From Planctomycetota bacterium (GTDB taxonomy: Bacteria > Planctomycetota > UBA1135): a stretch of DNA of 64,000 bases. Position numbers and translations under genes: made by a program. The first letter of the stretch is position 1. Every line of letters starts with the position of its first letter. Positions 28,002 through 37,114 of the stretch are shown here, in pieces. Under the pieces are notes generated by a model that did not search any database, was not told the DNA's origin, and saw only the letters and a list, made by a program, of their open reading frames with translations. Location of the stretch: the NCBI GenBank assembly GCA_045047305.1, contig JASFYO010000036.1:32001-96000 (forward strand), in the 5' to 3' direction.

Positions 28002-29687
28002 CTAGTAAACGATAGAAGACGGAAGGCTCAGCCCGTGAAGTTTTGAGTTGGTGCTTCGCTTCATGGTGGATTCCAAGGTTAGAAACTCAACCGGAATGGA
28101 ATAAGTTTGCACCTCAGCTGAATTCCGAATCTGAACCTGGAAAAGCTGGCCTTGGGCGTCCGTCGCATCCGCACCCACGGCCACAGAAGGCCCTCTTGGC
28201 GACGATCTCTGTAGATAGAACCGCACCAAAGTAGATCCACTCCAAGGAAGACTGATGGTGATGGTCCCATCGGTTTCAAAATAGGACGTTTCAACTTTTC
28301 TACCGCTTGGATTTCCATCGGCGTCCACCTTCCAAAGTCGTGCATAGAAATCCCATTCGTCGGACAAGCCAGCAAAGGCATTCACCCTTAGCTGGATAGG
28401 GAAGCCTTCCTGAAGCACCACGGTTTCGTCTTGCATGAGGTTCAACACCTGAACCGTCATCTTGCCCACACATGAAATTTCCAGATCGAATAGAGGAGTG
28501 CGCCCAATCATGTGGATGATTCCCTTTTTACCGTCCTGAGCTACACCGCCGTTCAAATCGCGAACAGATGCATACTTCAAAAAAGAGCCGTATTCATCTT
28601 TCACCTTTATCTTGATTTGGTGCAAGATTCCGCGGGCATCTAAATCGGGGAGGATGACTTCTTTGGATCCCGAGGGAATAAACACCTCTTTCCAGCGATA
28701 GAGTTCTATTTTGGTACGAGCATGGCGAAGCACCAAATCCACATTCCCAGGCGGAACTTTCCGGAACGAATACCCTCCTTTCGAGCGGGACAGCCAGCGA
28801 TCAACCAGGACCGCTTTGGAGATTTCACCTGCATCACCGACCATCTGCAATTCAAAATGGCTGGCCTTGAATTCCGGATCTAATAGAACTTTCCCCTCCA
28901 CCCTCAGGGATTGCAATAGCGCGAAGCGGACTCCCCTATCGCCAACACTTACACTCCGACGGAAGCTCAGGAAACCCTTGCAACTCGCTTCCAGCAAGAG
29001 CTCTCCCTCGGCATCACTTCCCTTAATTTCAAAGTTGCCGCGCGAGTCAGTGTAGGTCATCGATTCTGGCAGAGGCTCCCAACGCCTTTGTTGGGAGCCT
29101 TTTCGTGAAACCGATATTTTTGCCGCAGCCACACGATCTCCGTAAGCATCTAGCACCACCCCTGCGACCATGACGGGGAATACGTCGACCACAAAGTCCC
29201 CCAACGCGAACACCTTGTCCTTGGGATCCCAACTAAAGTCAGCTTGAGCCCCGCGCGCAGGCCGGGTTTGAGTCTTGCGTATGGCAACCGCAAAGGTGCG
29301 AGTCGCCGGCAGCATCATGTATCGCTCAAGGGGGAAGTGAAAGTTGCCGCTGGCATCCGTCCGTAATTTGCGACGGTAGCGCACATCGCTTTTATCCGAT
29401 TCAACCCTTATGCTTACTTTGAATTCGAGGTTTGAAGCTACCATCCCCTCAGCATTCAAAATCCGGCCCGACAAGACGTAACCTTCGGCAGACACATCGA
29501 CTTCGCTTGGTTGTACCGTCGACTCACGGGTCATGCTTATTGCCGGCAAGTCCGTTGCGTTGGGCCGCAGTGGCTCAAGCTTAATTTCAGGAGTATCCCC
29601 TTGGCTAGTTGGCGGTTCAGGCTGGACAAACATGACCAATCCAATCACCCCAATCACTAACCCGAGCAGAAGAAAAGCCCTTTGCAT
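28002..29687 (-). CDS. Membrane-anchored carboxypeptidase-regulatory-like domain protein
   Basis: N-terminal TM; repeated units SGRILNAEG...TDASGNF and AGVVLDAYG...TDSRGNF. Confidence 0.75.
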   Translation of the reverse strand: MQRAFLLLGLVIGVIGLVMFVQPEPPTSQGDTPEIKLEPLRPNATDLPAISMTRESTVQPSEVDVSAEGYVLSGRILNAEGMVASNLEFKVSIRVESDKSDVRYRRKLRTDASGNFHFPLERYMMLPATRTFAVAIRKTQTRPARGAQADFSWDPKDKVFALGDFVVDVFPVMVAGVVLDAYGDRVAAAKISVSRKGSQQRRWEPLPESMTYTDSRGNFEIKGSDAEGELLLEASCKGFLSFRRSVSVGDRGVRFALLQSLRVEGKVLLDPEFKASHFELQMVGDAGEISKAVLVDRWLSRSKGGYSFRKVPPGNVDLVLRHARTKIELYRWKEVFIPSGSKEVILPDLDARGILHQIKIKVKDEYGSFLKYASVRDLNGGVAQDGKKGIIHMIGRTPLFDLEISCVGKMTVQVLNLMQDETVVLQEGFPIQLRVNAFAGLSDEWDFYARLWKVDADGNPSGRKVETSYFETDGTITISLPWSGSTLVRFYLQRSSPRGPSVAVGADATDAQGQLFQVQIRNSAEVQTYSIPVEFLTLESTMKRSTNSKLHGLSLPSSIVY

Positions 29688-29712
29688 AGATGGAGTTTAG
29701 CAGGCTGTAGGT

Positions 29713-30405
29713 CTATTCAATTCCCAGAGAGGGTTGCTGTACGACAGCAAGGTCTTCTAGGCGTATCGCCGTGAGCATTCCCCCGTAAACGCAACCGGTA
29801 TCTAGGCCGTAGGCAAGCGGCTCACCGTCTTCGCTTTGGTGCATGCCAGCGGCAGATTGAGCGTGACCAAAGAGGACAAATTCGGGACCCTCCCAGGCTT
29901 CATGCCACAACGGAGCACCGGGACGGTCGTGGCAACGGCTGAGACGGATGATTTCGGCTGCTTGCATATCTTCGACCTTGCGCCCTGGGAGTACGGAAGC
30001 GTGAACCAAAATCCAATTACGTTGCGTGTTTGGCGCCGCCCATGCAGAGCCGTTACAAACACCGCGCAAAAAGTATTTTCGGCCTTGTAAAAAATCGAAA
30101 AACTCTTCGGCTACGGGAAGCGCAGAAGGGTCCATCTTGGCTTGGTTGTCGCCACGCAAATCGCCGCCATAGCCCGTTGCGGCACCTTGCTTCAACAAAG
30201 CCCGCTCATGATTGCCGAGAACCATGTCGAAAGTATCGCCTAGGCCTTGCAGGATGCGTAATACCCCAACCGGGTCGGGGCCGCGGTGAAAAAGATCGCC
30301 GGCGGAGAGGAATCGATCACCAGGTTGCAGGTCGATAGTTGCTAACAGCAATGCCAACTCTTTTGCGCAACCGTGAACGTCGCCCACCACCCAGGTGGAT
30401 GTCAT
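29713..30405 (-). CDS. Metallophosphoesterase (ApaH/PrpE-like)
   Basis: GDVHG, GDLFHRGP, LGNHE, VHA, FGH and LDTGCVYGG motifs. Confidence 0.9.
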   Translation of the reverse strand: MTSTWVVGDVHGCAKELALLLATIDLQPGDRFLSAGDLFHRGPDPVGVLRILQGLGDTFDMVLGNHERALLKQGAATGYGGDLRGDNQAKMDPSALPVAEEFFDFLQGRKYFLRGVCNGSAWAAPNTQRNWILVHASVLPGRKVEDMQAAEIIRLSRCHDRPGAPLWHEAWEGPEFVLFGHAQSAAGMHQSEDGEPLAYGLDTGCVYGGMLTAIRLEDLAVVQQPSLGIE

Positions 30406-32132
30406 ACCGATTTCGCGATTTCTTCCGTCCACGCCGCTTCTACTTCCGCCATGAGATCACCTAAGTGGTCGCCTCGTGGGTCGAACTTCAAGCCGGCGGC
30501 CTCGAACAGTTCCGGAAGCTTACGCGAGCCACCGAGAGCCAAACCTTCGACGTAACGGTCGACGGCTTCGCTCGGATTGTTGCGGTAGCGCACCCACAGC
30601 TGACAGGCGCCCATTTGCGCGAGCGCATATTCGATGTAGTAAAACGGCACTACAAAAATATGCAATTGACGATGCCACAGCGTTGCGCGTTGCTCCGTTA
30701 ACCCACTCCAATCAACGCCAGCGGAAAAGCGTTCCTGAATCGCCATCCATGCATCCCTCCGCTGCTCGCGCGTGTGATTTTCATGGGTGTAAATCCACTG
30801 CTGGAAGCCATCGACGGCAGCGACCCATGGAAAGGTAGTGGCCATGCCTTCTAAAGCGTGAATGCGGGTGCTGCGTGCATCAGCGGCAGGGTAGACCTCG
30901 GCGTAATGCTCGGTGGCCATGGCCTCCATCCCCATGGAGGCGACCTCGGCGAACTCTAGTGGTGGCATGCGATAAGCAACTGGCTCCAGGTCACGACACA
31001 GCAATCCGTTCAAGGCATGCCCGCCTTCATGCACTAAAGTTTCGACATCGCCGTGGGTGGTACCGGAATTAGCGAAGATGATCGGTACGCGGCGGCGTTC
31101 CAGGGTTTCCATAAAGCCACCCGGTGCTTTATGCGGGCGCGTTTCTAAATCGAGCAATCCTTGCTCGAACATCCAGCGCAGTTCACTGCCGAAGGAATCA
31201 CGCACACCCGACATCATCTTGGAGGCAACATCGACTTGGCCTTGTGCACTGGCAAAAGGTTCGAAAGCTTTATCCGATTCGGGATCGACGGCCAAATCCC
31301 ACGGGCGCAGCGGATCCAACTGCAACAGTTCTTTACGTCGCGCGGACATGCGCCTCGCCACAGGCATCACGTACTTGGCGACATTCTCCTGAAACGCCAA
31401 ACAATCTTCCGGGGTGTAATCAAACCGCGCTTTGGCTTCGTGCATATAGTCGCGGTAATTATCAAAGCCAGCAATCTTTGCCTGACGCTGGCGCAACTCC
31501 ATCAGATCCTCAAAAAGTGTCTCCAGTTTCTCCGCATCTGCCATGCGCCGTCCCGAGGTCGTGCGCCAACTCGATTCACGTACTTCACGGTCTGGACTCT
31601 CCGAGTACTTGGCCATGGCAGACAAGGTGTGCTCTTCCCCGTTGTACTCCACCATCATCGCGCCCACGATGCGATCGTATTGATTGCTAAGTTTCTCTTC
31701 CTCGGCCTCCAATGCGACATTCTCCTCTCGAAACAAACGCACACCCAACTCAACCTCGCGGTCATACACCTCCCACTTCGAGGAATCCAGCTCCTTGCGA
31801 AATGGGCAATCCAAATACTTGCGATCTAAGCGGTCATCAATCGGCTTGATCAACGGCAAGGTAATGGTTTGGAAATCCATGTAAGACTTTTCCAAGGCTT
31901 CGTCATCTGTTTTGCACACGCTGGCATACATCCGCGCGACGGCTTCTTCGCCAATGCAACTATCCAACTCGGAGCGATCGAGAATCCACTTCTCTAAATC
32001 CCCGACCGAATGCAATTCGCGTTGCTCCAACTCCAATAACCATGGCTCCATGGCAGCAAAGTCGATGGGAGCAAAACCTTGCGGCAAGTAACGTAGTGCA
32101 GGAACGGGGTGGGAAATGGTGGATGGATTCAT
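30402..32132 (-). CDS. pepF: M3 family oligoendopeptidase (PepF-like)
   Basis: LRPWD, KAPGG, HEGGHA, EFAEVASM, HIFVVPFYYIEY. Confidence 0.92.
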   Translation of the reverse strand: MNPSTISHPVPALRYLPQGFAPIDFAAMEPWLLELEQRELHSVGDLEKWILDRSELDSCIGEEAVARMYASVCKTDDEALEKSYMDFQTITLPLIKPIDDRLDRKYLDCPFRKELDSSKWEVYDREVELGVRLFREENVALEAEEEKLSNQYDRIVGAMMVEYNGEEHTLSAMAKYSESPDREVRESSWRTTSGRRMADAEKLETLFEDLMELRQRQAKIAGFDNYRDYMHEAKARFDYTPEDCLAFQENVAKYVMPVARRMSARRKELLQLDPLRPWDLAVDPESDKAFEPFASAQGQVDVASKMMSGVRDSFGSELRWMFEQGLLDLETRPHKAPGGFMETLERRRVPIIFANSGTTHGDVETLVHEGGHALNGLLCRDLEPVAYRMPPLEFAEVASMGMEAMATEHYAEVYPAADARSTRIHALEGMATTFPWVAAVDGFQQWIYTHENHTREQRRDAWMAIQERFSAGVDWSGLTEQRATLWHRQLHIFVVPFYYIEYALAQMGACQLWVRYRNNPSEAVDRYVEGLALGGSRKLPELFEAAGLKFDPRGDHLGDLMAEVEAAWTEEIAKSV

Positions 32133-33124
32133 CGTTCTGCTTTGGATGGACGTTGCATGAGGTTTTTGACCGCTTCTAGTGGGTTAGCCTCGTTAAAAAG
32201 AATTTCGTAAACCTGACGCGTGATCGGCATATCCACGCCCAGGTCATCGGCCGCAGTAAAGATCGCCTTACAGGTCCAAACACCTTCCGAGACTTTCTCG
32301 GTGCGTGCAAGTATGTCTTTGAGTTTTTCGCCTTTGCCGATGGCTTCGCCCAAAGAGCGGTTACGCGAGTGCTGGGAATAGCAGGTCACCATGAGGTCGC
32401 CGGAACCGGAAAGACCAAAGAAGGTTTCCTTCTGCGCGCCTTTCTCGACGCCAAAACGCGCCATTTCTACTAAGCCGCGAGATACCAATGCGGCTTTTGC
32501 GTTATCGCCCAGGCCAACTCCATCGGCGATGCCAGCACCCAGTGCGATGATGTTCTTTAATGCACCACCGAGTTCTGCGCCAATCAAATCGTCGGAAGTG
32601 TAAACACGTAATGCTGCACTACTCAGGTGCGCTTGCGCCATGGCGGACATGGCCGACGTATTTGCCGCTGCAACCACGGAAGTGGCTAGACCGCGCGCGG
32701 TTTCCTCGGCATGAGAAGGGCCGGTAACCACGCCAATGGGAATATCACTGCCGAGGACATCGGCGATGATTTCAGTCGGGCGCTTAAGGGTGGAAAGTTC
32801 GAGGCCCTTGGATGCAGAGAAAATGGGAAAGCCAGCAAGGCGTCCGCCGAAAGATTCAAGAGTGGGGCGAATGAACTGGGTCGGGACCACCGAATACACA
32901 TCCTCCACGCCGTCTAGGGCGGCATCCATGTCATGGGTCCAAAGGACGTCGGCAGGAATTTCGATTCCAGGGAGATACTTGCGGTTATCCCGCGAGGCAG
33001 CAACCTCTGCGGTGTATTCCGGATCACGACCCCAAACGTGAACCTCTCTGCCAGCACGATGCAAAGACATCGCTATGGCCATGCCCCAGCCGCCGTCGCC
33101 AATCACCAAACTTTTGCCCGACAT
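32129..33124 (-). CDS. gpsA: NAD(P)H-dependent glycerol-3-phosphate dehydrogenase
   Basis: GDGGWG, SKGLE, GPSHAEE, GGALKN, GDLMVTC.SQHSRN. Confidence 0.96.
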   Translation of the reverse strand: MSGKSLVIGDGGWGMAIAMSLHRAGREVHVWGRDPEYTAEVAASRDNRKYLPGIEIPADVLWTHDMDAALDGVEDVYSVVPTQFIRPTLESFGGRLAGFPIFSASKGLELSTLKRPTEIIADVLGSDIPIGVVTGPSHAEETARGLATSVVAAANTSAMSAMAQAHLSSAALRVYTSDDLIGAELGGALKNIIALGAGIADGVGLGDNAKAALVSRGLVEMARFGVEKGAQKETFFGLSGSGDLMVTCYSQHSRNRSLGEAIGKGEKLKDILARTEKVSEGVWTCKAIFTAADDLGVDMPITRQVYEILFNEANPLEAVKNLMQRPSKAER

Positions 33125-33128
33125 CTTC

Positions 33129-33707
33129 CTAGGTCTCCTTTCCTTGCATCATCTGCTTTAAGTTACTGCGATGGGTGAAGAATAAAAACAGGCCACCGCC
33201 TAGACCAAACCAAAAGATCCAAACGTGAGCATCGAAAGCCCAAGCCGCCAACGGCAAAGCCATGCCGAAGGCTAAGGAACCCAAAGCCACTAGGCCGAAA
33301 ACTTTTTTCACCAGAATCCACGACAACCCAGCAGCCAAAAAAACTAGCGGGGCCAAGGCCAAAAAGGCACCACTCAAGGTCGCCACGCCTTTACCGCCGC
33401 GGAATCCATTCCAGAATGGAAGGATGTGCCCAACATAGGCACTTGCTCCAGCAACCACACTAGCTTCGACTCCCCACAGCCAATCTGTCAGCAAAACCGG
33501 GAACAAGCCTTTGAACATGTCGAGCAGATACACCGCCAAACCTATCTTTTTTCCCATAGCGCGAGCGGCATTGGTAGCACCAGGGTTACCGCTTCCGACC
33601 GCACGTAGGTCTACTCCTTTTGCTTTTGCAAAGAGCAAAGAAAAGGACACAGAACCGAGCAAATAGCTCGCAATTCCACTGCTAGTTAGCGTCATCCAGG
33701 GCGTCAT
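33129..33707 (-). CDS. plsY: Glycerol-3-phosphate acyltransferase
   Basis: YLLGS, GSGNPGATN, DMFKG, GGKGVAT, HRSN. Confidence 0.95.
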   Translation of the reverse strand: MTPWMTLTSSGIASYLLGSVSFSLLFAKAKGVDLRAVGSGNPGATNAARAMGKKIGLAVYLLDMFKGLFPVLLTDWLWGVEASVVAGASAYVGHILPFWNGFRGGKGVATLSGAFLALAPLVFLAAGLSWILVKKVFGLVALGSLAFGMALPLAAWAFDAHVWIFWFGLGGGLFLFFTHRSNLKQMMQGKET

Positions 33708-33825
33708 TGAGGGTCAGGATAACGTGGCGAAAACAAAAAAGACTTGACCCAATCTCAAACGACGCTATCAACATGCATTCACAGAGGATAATCCCCCCTG
33801 TCCATTAACCAATCAGAGAAGAATT

Positions 33826-34098
33826 TTGACTTACGTCATCGCCGAACCCTGCGTCAACACTAAGGATACTGCCTGTGTTGATGTTTGCCCCGTAGAGTGC
33901 ATTTACGAGACCGAGCCCGAGCCGGATCAAAGCACCCTCATGCTCCCGATGTTCATCCATCCGGATGAATGCATCGATTGTGGCGCCTGCGAGCCAGAGT
34001 GCCCCGTAGATGCGATTTTCCCAGAAGAAGATGTCCCAGATGACTGGGCACCATTCATTCAGGCCAACGCAGACCTCGCCTCGGAAGCCGATATGTAG
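33826..34098 (+). CDS. fdxA: 7Fe (3Fe-4S/4Fe-4S) ferredoxin
   Basis: TYVIAEPC...CVDVCPVECI and IHPDECIDCGACEPECP; TTG start. Confidence 0.93.
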   Translation: MTYVIAEPCVNTKDTACVDVCPVECIYETEPEPDQSTLMLPMFIHPDECIDCGACEPECPVDAIFPEEDVPDDWAPFIQANADLASEADM

Positions 34099-34155
34099 CC
34101 TGAGGGGCTTCACTGCCGCTCTCTAAGTGCTGGGCTCCTCCAGCGCACTCCGCAC

Positions 34156-34198
34156 AAAAAAGAAAACCGAGCTCCTTGCGGGGCCCGGTTCCTTTTTT
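34156..34198. terminator. Probable bidirectional terminator between the ferredoxin gene and tRNA-Gly
   Basis: AACCGAGCTCC-TTGC-GGGGCCCGGTT hairpin with an A-tract on one side and a T-tract on the other. Confidence 0.7.
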
Positions 34199-34274
<76 letters not shown>

Positions 34275-34290
34275 GTGGTTGAGGGGCGAA

Positions 34291-34319
34291 AAGATACGCC
34301 ACCCCGCACTCATTGTCAA
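34291..34319 (-). promoter_or_regulatory. Sigma70-type promoter for tRNA-Gly
   Basis: TTGACA-N17-TATCTT on the minus strand, 16 nt upstream of the tRNA. Confidence 0.75.
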
Positions 34320-35365
34320 CGACCTCTTGCTGGAGAATCTTGAGACAAAAGGAAGCGTGGTTCTTCACCTTGCAAGCCGAACAGCTCCACCGCTCTTCTT
34401 TGGACCAATTCCTGGACATCTTGCAGCTCGCGATCGGCCAGGCTGATCTGTCCACCAGCCATGCGGCCGTGACCGCCACAGGCGCCCTCCTCTCCGATGA
34501 TAAAGCGAAGAGCTGGGTATGCATCGGCGTCAGGCATGTCGCAGCGCAAGGAGAGCTGGTAACGGCCGTCACAGGCGCCACCGGCGAGCGACCATTGTTG
34601 GCCTTCAAGGCGCAAAAACCAGTCAGCCACTTCGGCGACCGCTTCGGGGCTCTGGACTTCCCCCATTAAGGTTAAAAGCAGGCGGCCGAAATCCTGGCAA
34701 GAATCCATCGCCACGCGCATTTGCTGAAAATATTTCCGTGTCAGGGGCGGCTGATCAATCGCGCCAATGATTTGACGGTCAGCCAGCTTTTCTAAATGAC
34801 GAAAGGCCTGTTCATCGAACTCGGTTGCACCACGGAGCAGATTGTTGGTGTCATAACGCACTCCGCAGTACAAAGCGGTGGCGGTGCGTTTATCCGGCTC
34901 TACGCCATAGTGCTGCAGCAGAAAGAAAACCATGGTTGAGGTGGCTCCATAGGAAGAATCCACCCACTTCCACGGATACTCCTCCGTCTTTTCACCGTCT
35001 CCTTCTGCCGCAGGCCCATCATGGTGATCAATGATGCCGAGCACAGGTAAAGCACCGGGCGGATGGGTGTGGCTAAATCCAGGTTGCGAATCCACCACCA
35101 AAATGCCCTGAAAATCGGCCGGATCGACCCCACCTTTCGGCAGAGCTTTAATCGCCAGCAGTTTGCGCATGGCGACGTTTTCTGCTCGGCGAATGCGCCC
35201 TTCCAGAACTAAGCTCGACTGCAGGCCGAACTTCTTCTCGAGCAGATACTCCAAACCCACAATCGCTCCCAATCCATCTGGATCTGGGTGACGGTGGGTG
35301 CATAAGACGAGGGCTCCTGAGGAGGGAAGCACCTCGGCGAAGCGGCTTAAAAGCTCTTCTTTCAT
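34316..35365 (-). CDS. DHH/DHHA1 phosphoesterase (NrnA-like)
   Basis: THRHPDPDG, VDS, IDHH, YDT and GGHGRMAGG motifs. Confidence 0.9.
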   Translation of the reverse strand: MKEELLSRFAEVLPSSGALVLCTHRHPDPDGLGAIVGLEYLLEKKFGLQSSLVLEGRIRRAENVAMRKLLAIKALPKGGVDPADFQGILVVDSQPGFSHTHPPGALPVLGIIDHHDGPAAEGDGEKTEEYPWKWVDSSYGATSTMVFFLLQHYGVEPDKRTATALYCGVRYDTNNLLRGATEFDEQAFRHLEKLADRQIIGAIDQPPLTRKYFQQMRVAMDSCQDFGRLLLTLMGEVQSPEAVAEVADWFLRLEGQQWSLAGGACDGRYQLSLRCDMPDADAYPALRFIIGEEGACGGHGRMAGGQISLADRELQDVQELVQRRAVELFGLQGEEPRFLLSQDSPARGR

Positions 35366-36210
35366 GAGGGAAGTCGCGACTCTAAAGTCGTCCGGGCTTC
35401 TGCCAGGACCTCACCAGGATACGACGGCGCAACCGCCAAGATGCGCGTGGAGGTCCGGGGAAGGTAGTCAGCAACCAAGCTCCAATCGACTTGGCCGATG
35501 CCAGGTGGTAAGTGATCTGCCCCGCCTGCGAAGTCATGCAAAGTACTTCCATGCAATGAGTTAGAGAATCTATCCAGCCATTCACCTGGATGCTCCAAGC
35601 CGCCTGCATGACGCTTTTCCAAGAGCCCAGAATCGTGCCAAAATCCTATTTTCAAATCCCGAATTTCATGCAGCAAAAGCTCCATCCGGGCAGGATTCAA
35701 CAAGCTAGCAGCGGAGGCTTCAGGGCAAATCGCGATGCGCAAACCTGCTGCGCTACGTCGTAACTCGTGTAGGTACCCCGCAAACCGCTCCAGCTGGCGC
35801 TCCGACTCCAACTCTGACTGGACTAAAATTTCCTCAACCACCTCTTCTTCCGGCTGAATACGCTCTCCAGCATGGACCCGTGCCAAAAGCTTGCCAGCGC
35901 GCAAACGCAAGGCGGCGCGTGAGTCGAGCCCCGCAGGAACCACGACCTGACTGCAAGAATGGCACTTGAGTGAGCGCAAAGTGACGCTAATCGGCACCTC
36001 TTGCCACAGGGGTAGCTCTTCTTTGCCCTCTCCTAGTGCCGACAGACTTAGAGCCGAAACGTAGTTGGGGGCTTGGAGGCCAGATACAGATCCTGCCAAA
36101 GGGCCGGGGCGGAACATGCCCAAACCGCGGAATCCATGCATCCGTGCTTGCTCCAACTGCCCTAAAAGACCGTCAGATTGGGTTCCGAACCATAGGTTGG
36201 CGAGTTCCAT
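35362..36210 (-). CDS. Xylose isomerase-like TIM barrel protein (sugar phosphate isomerase/epimerase family)
   Basis: GFWHDSG, LHD...DHLPPGIGQVDW; otherwise divergent. ATG at 36210 is preceded by GAGG. Confidence 0.7.
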   Translation of the reverse strand: MELANLWFGTQSDGLLGQLEQARMHGFRGLGMFRPGPLAGSVSGLQAPNYVSALSLSALGEGKEELPLWQEVPISVTLRSLKCHSCSQVVVPAGLDSRAALRLRAGKLLARVHAGERIQPEEEVVEEILVQSELESERQLERFAGYLHELRRSAAGLRIAICPEASAASLLNPARMELLLHEIRDLKIGFWHDSGLLEKRHAGGLEHPGEWLDRFSNSLHGSTLHDFAGGADHLPPGIGQVDWSLVADYLPRTSTRILAVAPSYPGEVLAEARTTLESRLPS

Positions 36211-36361
36211 TTCCTCATTTTCGCCAAAATTTGCCGTACTGGGAAGCAATTCTGGCCGCCAATGAGGATTGGGATTCCCCCAGGCCGTAATTTTTCTCTA
36301 AAATAGGGACACTTCGGCTAATTGACGCGGAATAATCCGCCCCATCCGAAGTCTAAGAAAC

Positions 36362-37045
36362 ATGATTCGATTCCTTCTGCCCGTTCTTCTTCTGGCGTTT
36401 GGCTCTTGCCAAGTCCCAAACCAAAGCAGTAAAGCTTCTTCCACTCAGGCCGCCATGGCTGTGGAAGTTGCTGACGATGCAGCTTGTACCGACTATGAAG
36501 AGGCAACCAGCGCCTCCATGGAAGCACCAAGCGATTGTTGTGGCGCGGATGCCGATGTCACCGCCACCGCTATGGCAGCTGAGAGCGATTGCTGCTCCGA
36601 AGGTGCTGAAGTGGCCATGGCCGCCAACATGGATGCATGCGCAATGCAAGCCGCTGGTGTCTGCGCAGACGGAGACGACTGCCCAATGCAAGCTGCTGGC
36701 AACGAAGATTGCGACATGATGGGCACCAAAGATTGCCCTATGGAGCAAGCCAAAGCGAAGGCTGCTGCTGCAGCTGCTGTCCAAGCAAGCCTGATCATGG
36801 GTGAAGGCTGCTGCGCCGGCAAAACCGTCGCAGAAGCTTGTCCTGATTGTGCTGCCAAAGCAACTGCTGCTGCAATGAAGCAGTGCGAAGGTATGGACCC
36901 AGCCGAGTGCGAAGCTAAAGGTGGATGTCCAAGTATGGAGGCTCCGGCTTCTGTGAAGACTGGTGCGACCGAAGCCACTCAGGCTGGTGCCGCAAAGGAA
37001 GACTCCTCTTGCTGCTCTAGCAAGTCTGCTGAACCTTCTAACTAA
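36362..37045 (+). CDS. Cys/Met/Ala-rich low-complexity lipoprotein
   Basis: Lipobox LAFGSC; 20 Cys (four CC pairs, one CxxC) and about 15 Met in 227 aa; followed by its own terminator. Confidence 0.8.
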   Translation: MIRFLLPVLLLAFGSCQVPNQSSKASSTQAAMAVEVADDAACTDYEEATSASMEAPSDCCGADADVTATAMAAESDCCSEGAEVAMAANMDACAMQAAGVCADGDDCPMQAAGNEDCDMMGTKDCPMEQAKAKAAAAAAVQASLIMGEGCCAGKTVAEACPDCAAKATAAAMKQCEGMDPAECEAKGGCPSMEAPASVKTGATEATQAGAAKEDSSCCSSKSAEPSN

Positions 37046-37060
37046 GCTTCTTCAACCACA

Positions 37061-37100
37061 AAAACCGTCACCCGTTTACGCGGGTGACGGTTTTCTTTTT
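37061..37100 (+). terminator. Intrinsic terminator, probably bidirectional
   Basis: AAAACCGTCACCCG-TTTACG-CGGGTGACGGTTTT followed by CTTTTT. Confidence 0.85.
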
Positions 37101-37114
37101 GCAGCAACAGCAGC

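Noticed and set aside
36493..36978. Minus-strand ORFs over the Cys-rich gene
   Set aside because: The + strand ORF has a lipobox and a terminator; these are shadows of low-complexity sequence.
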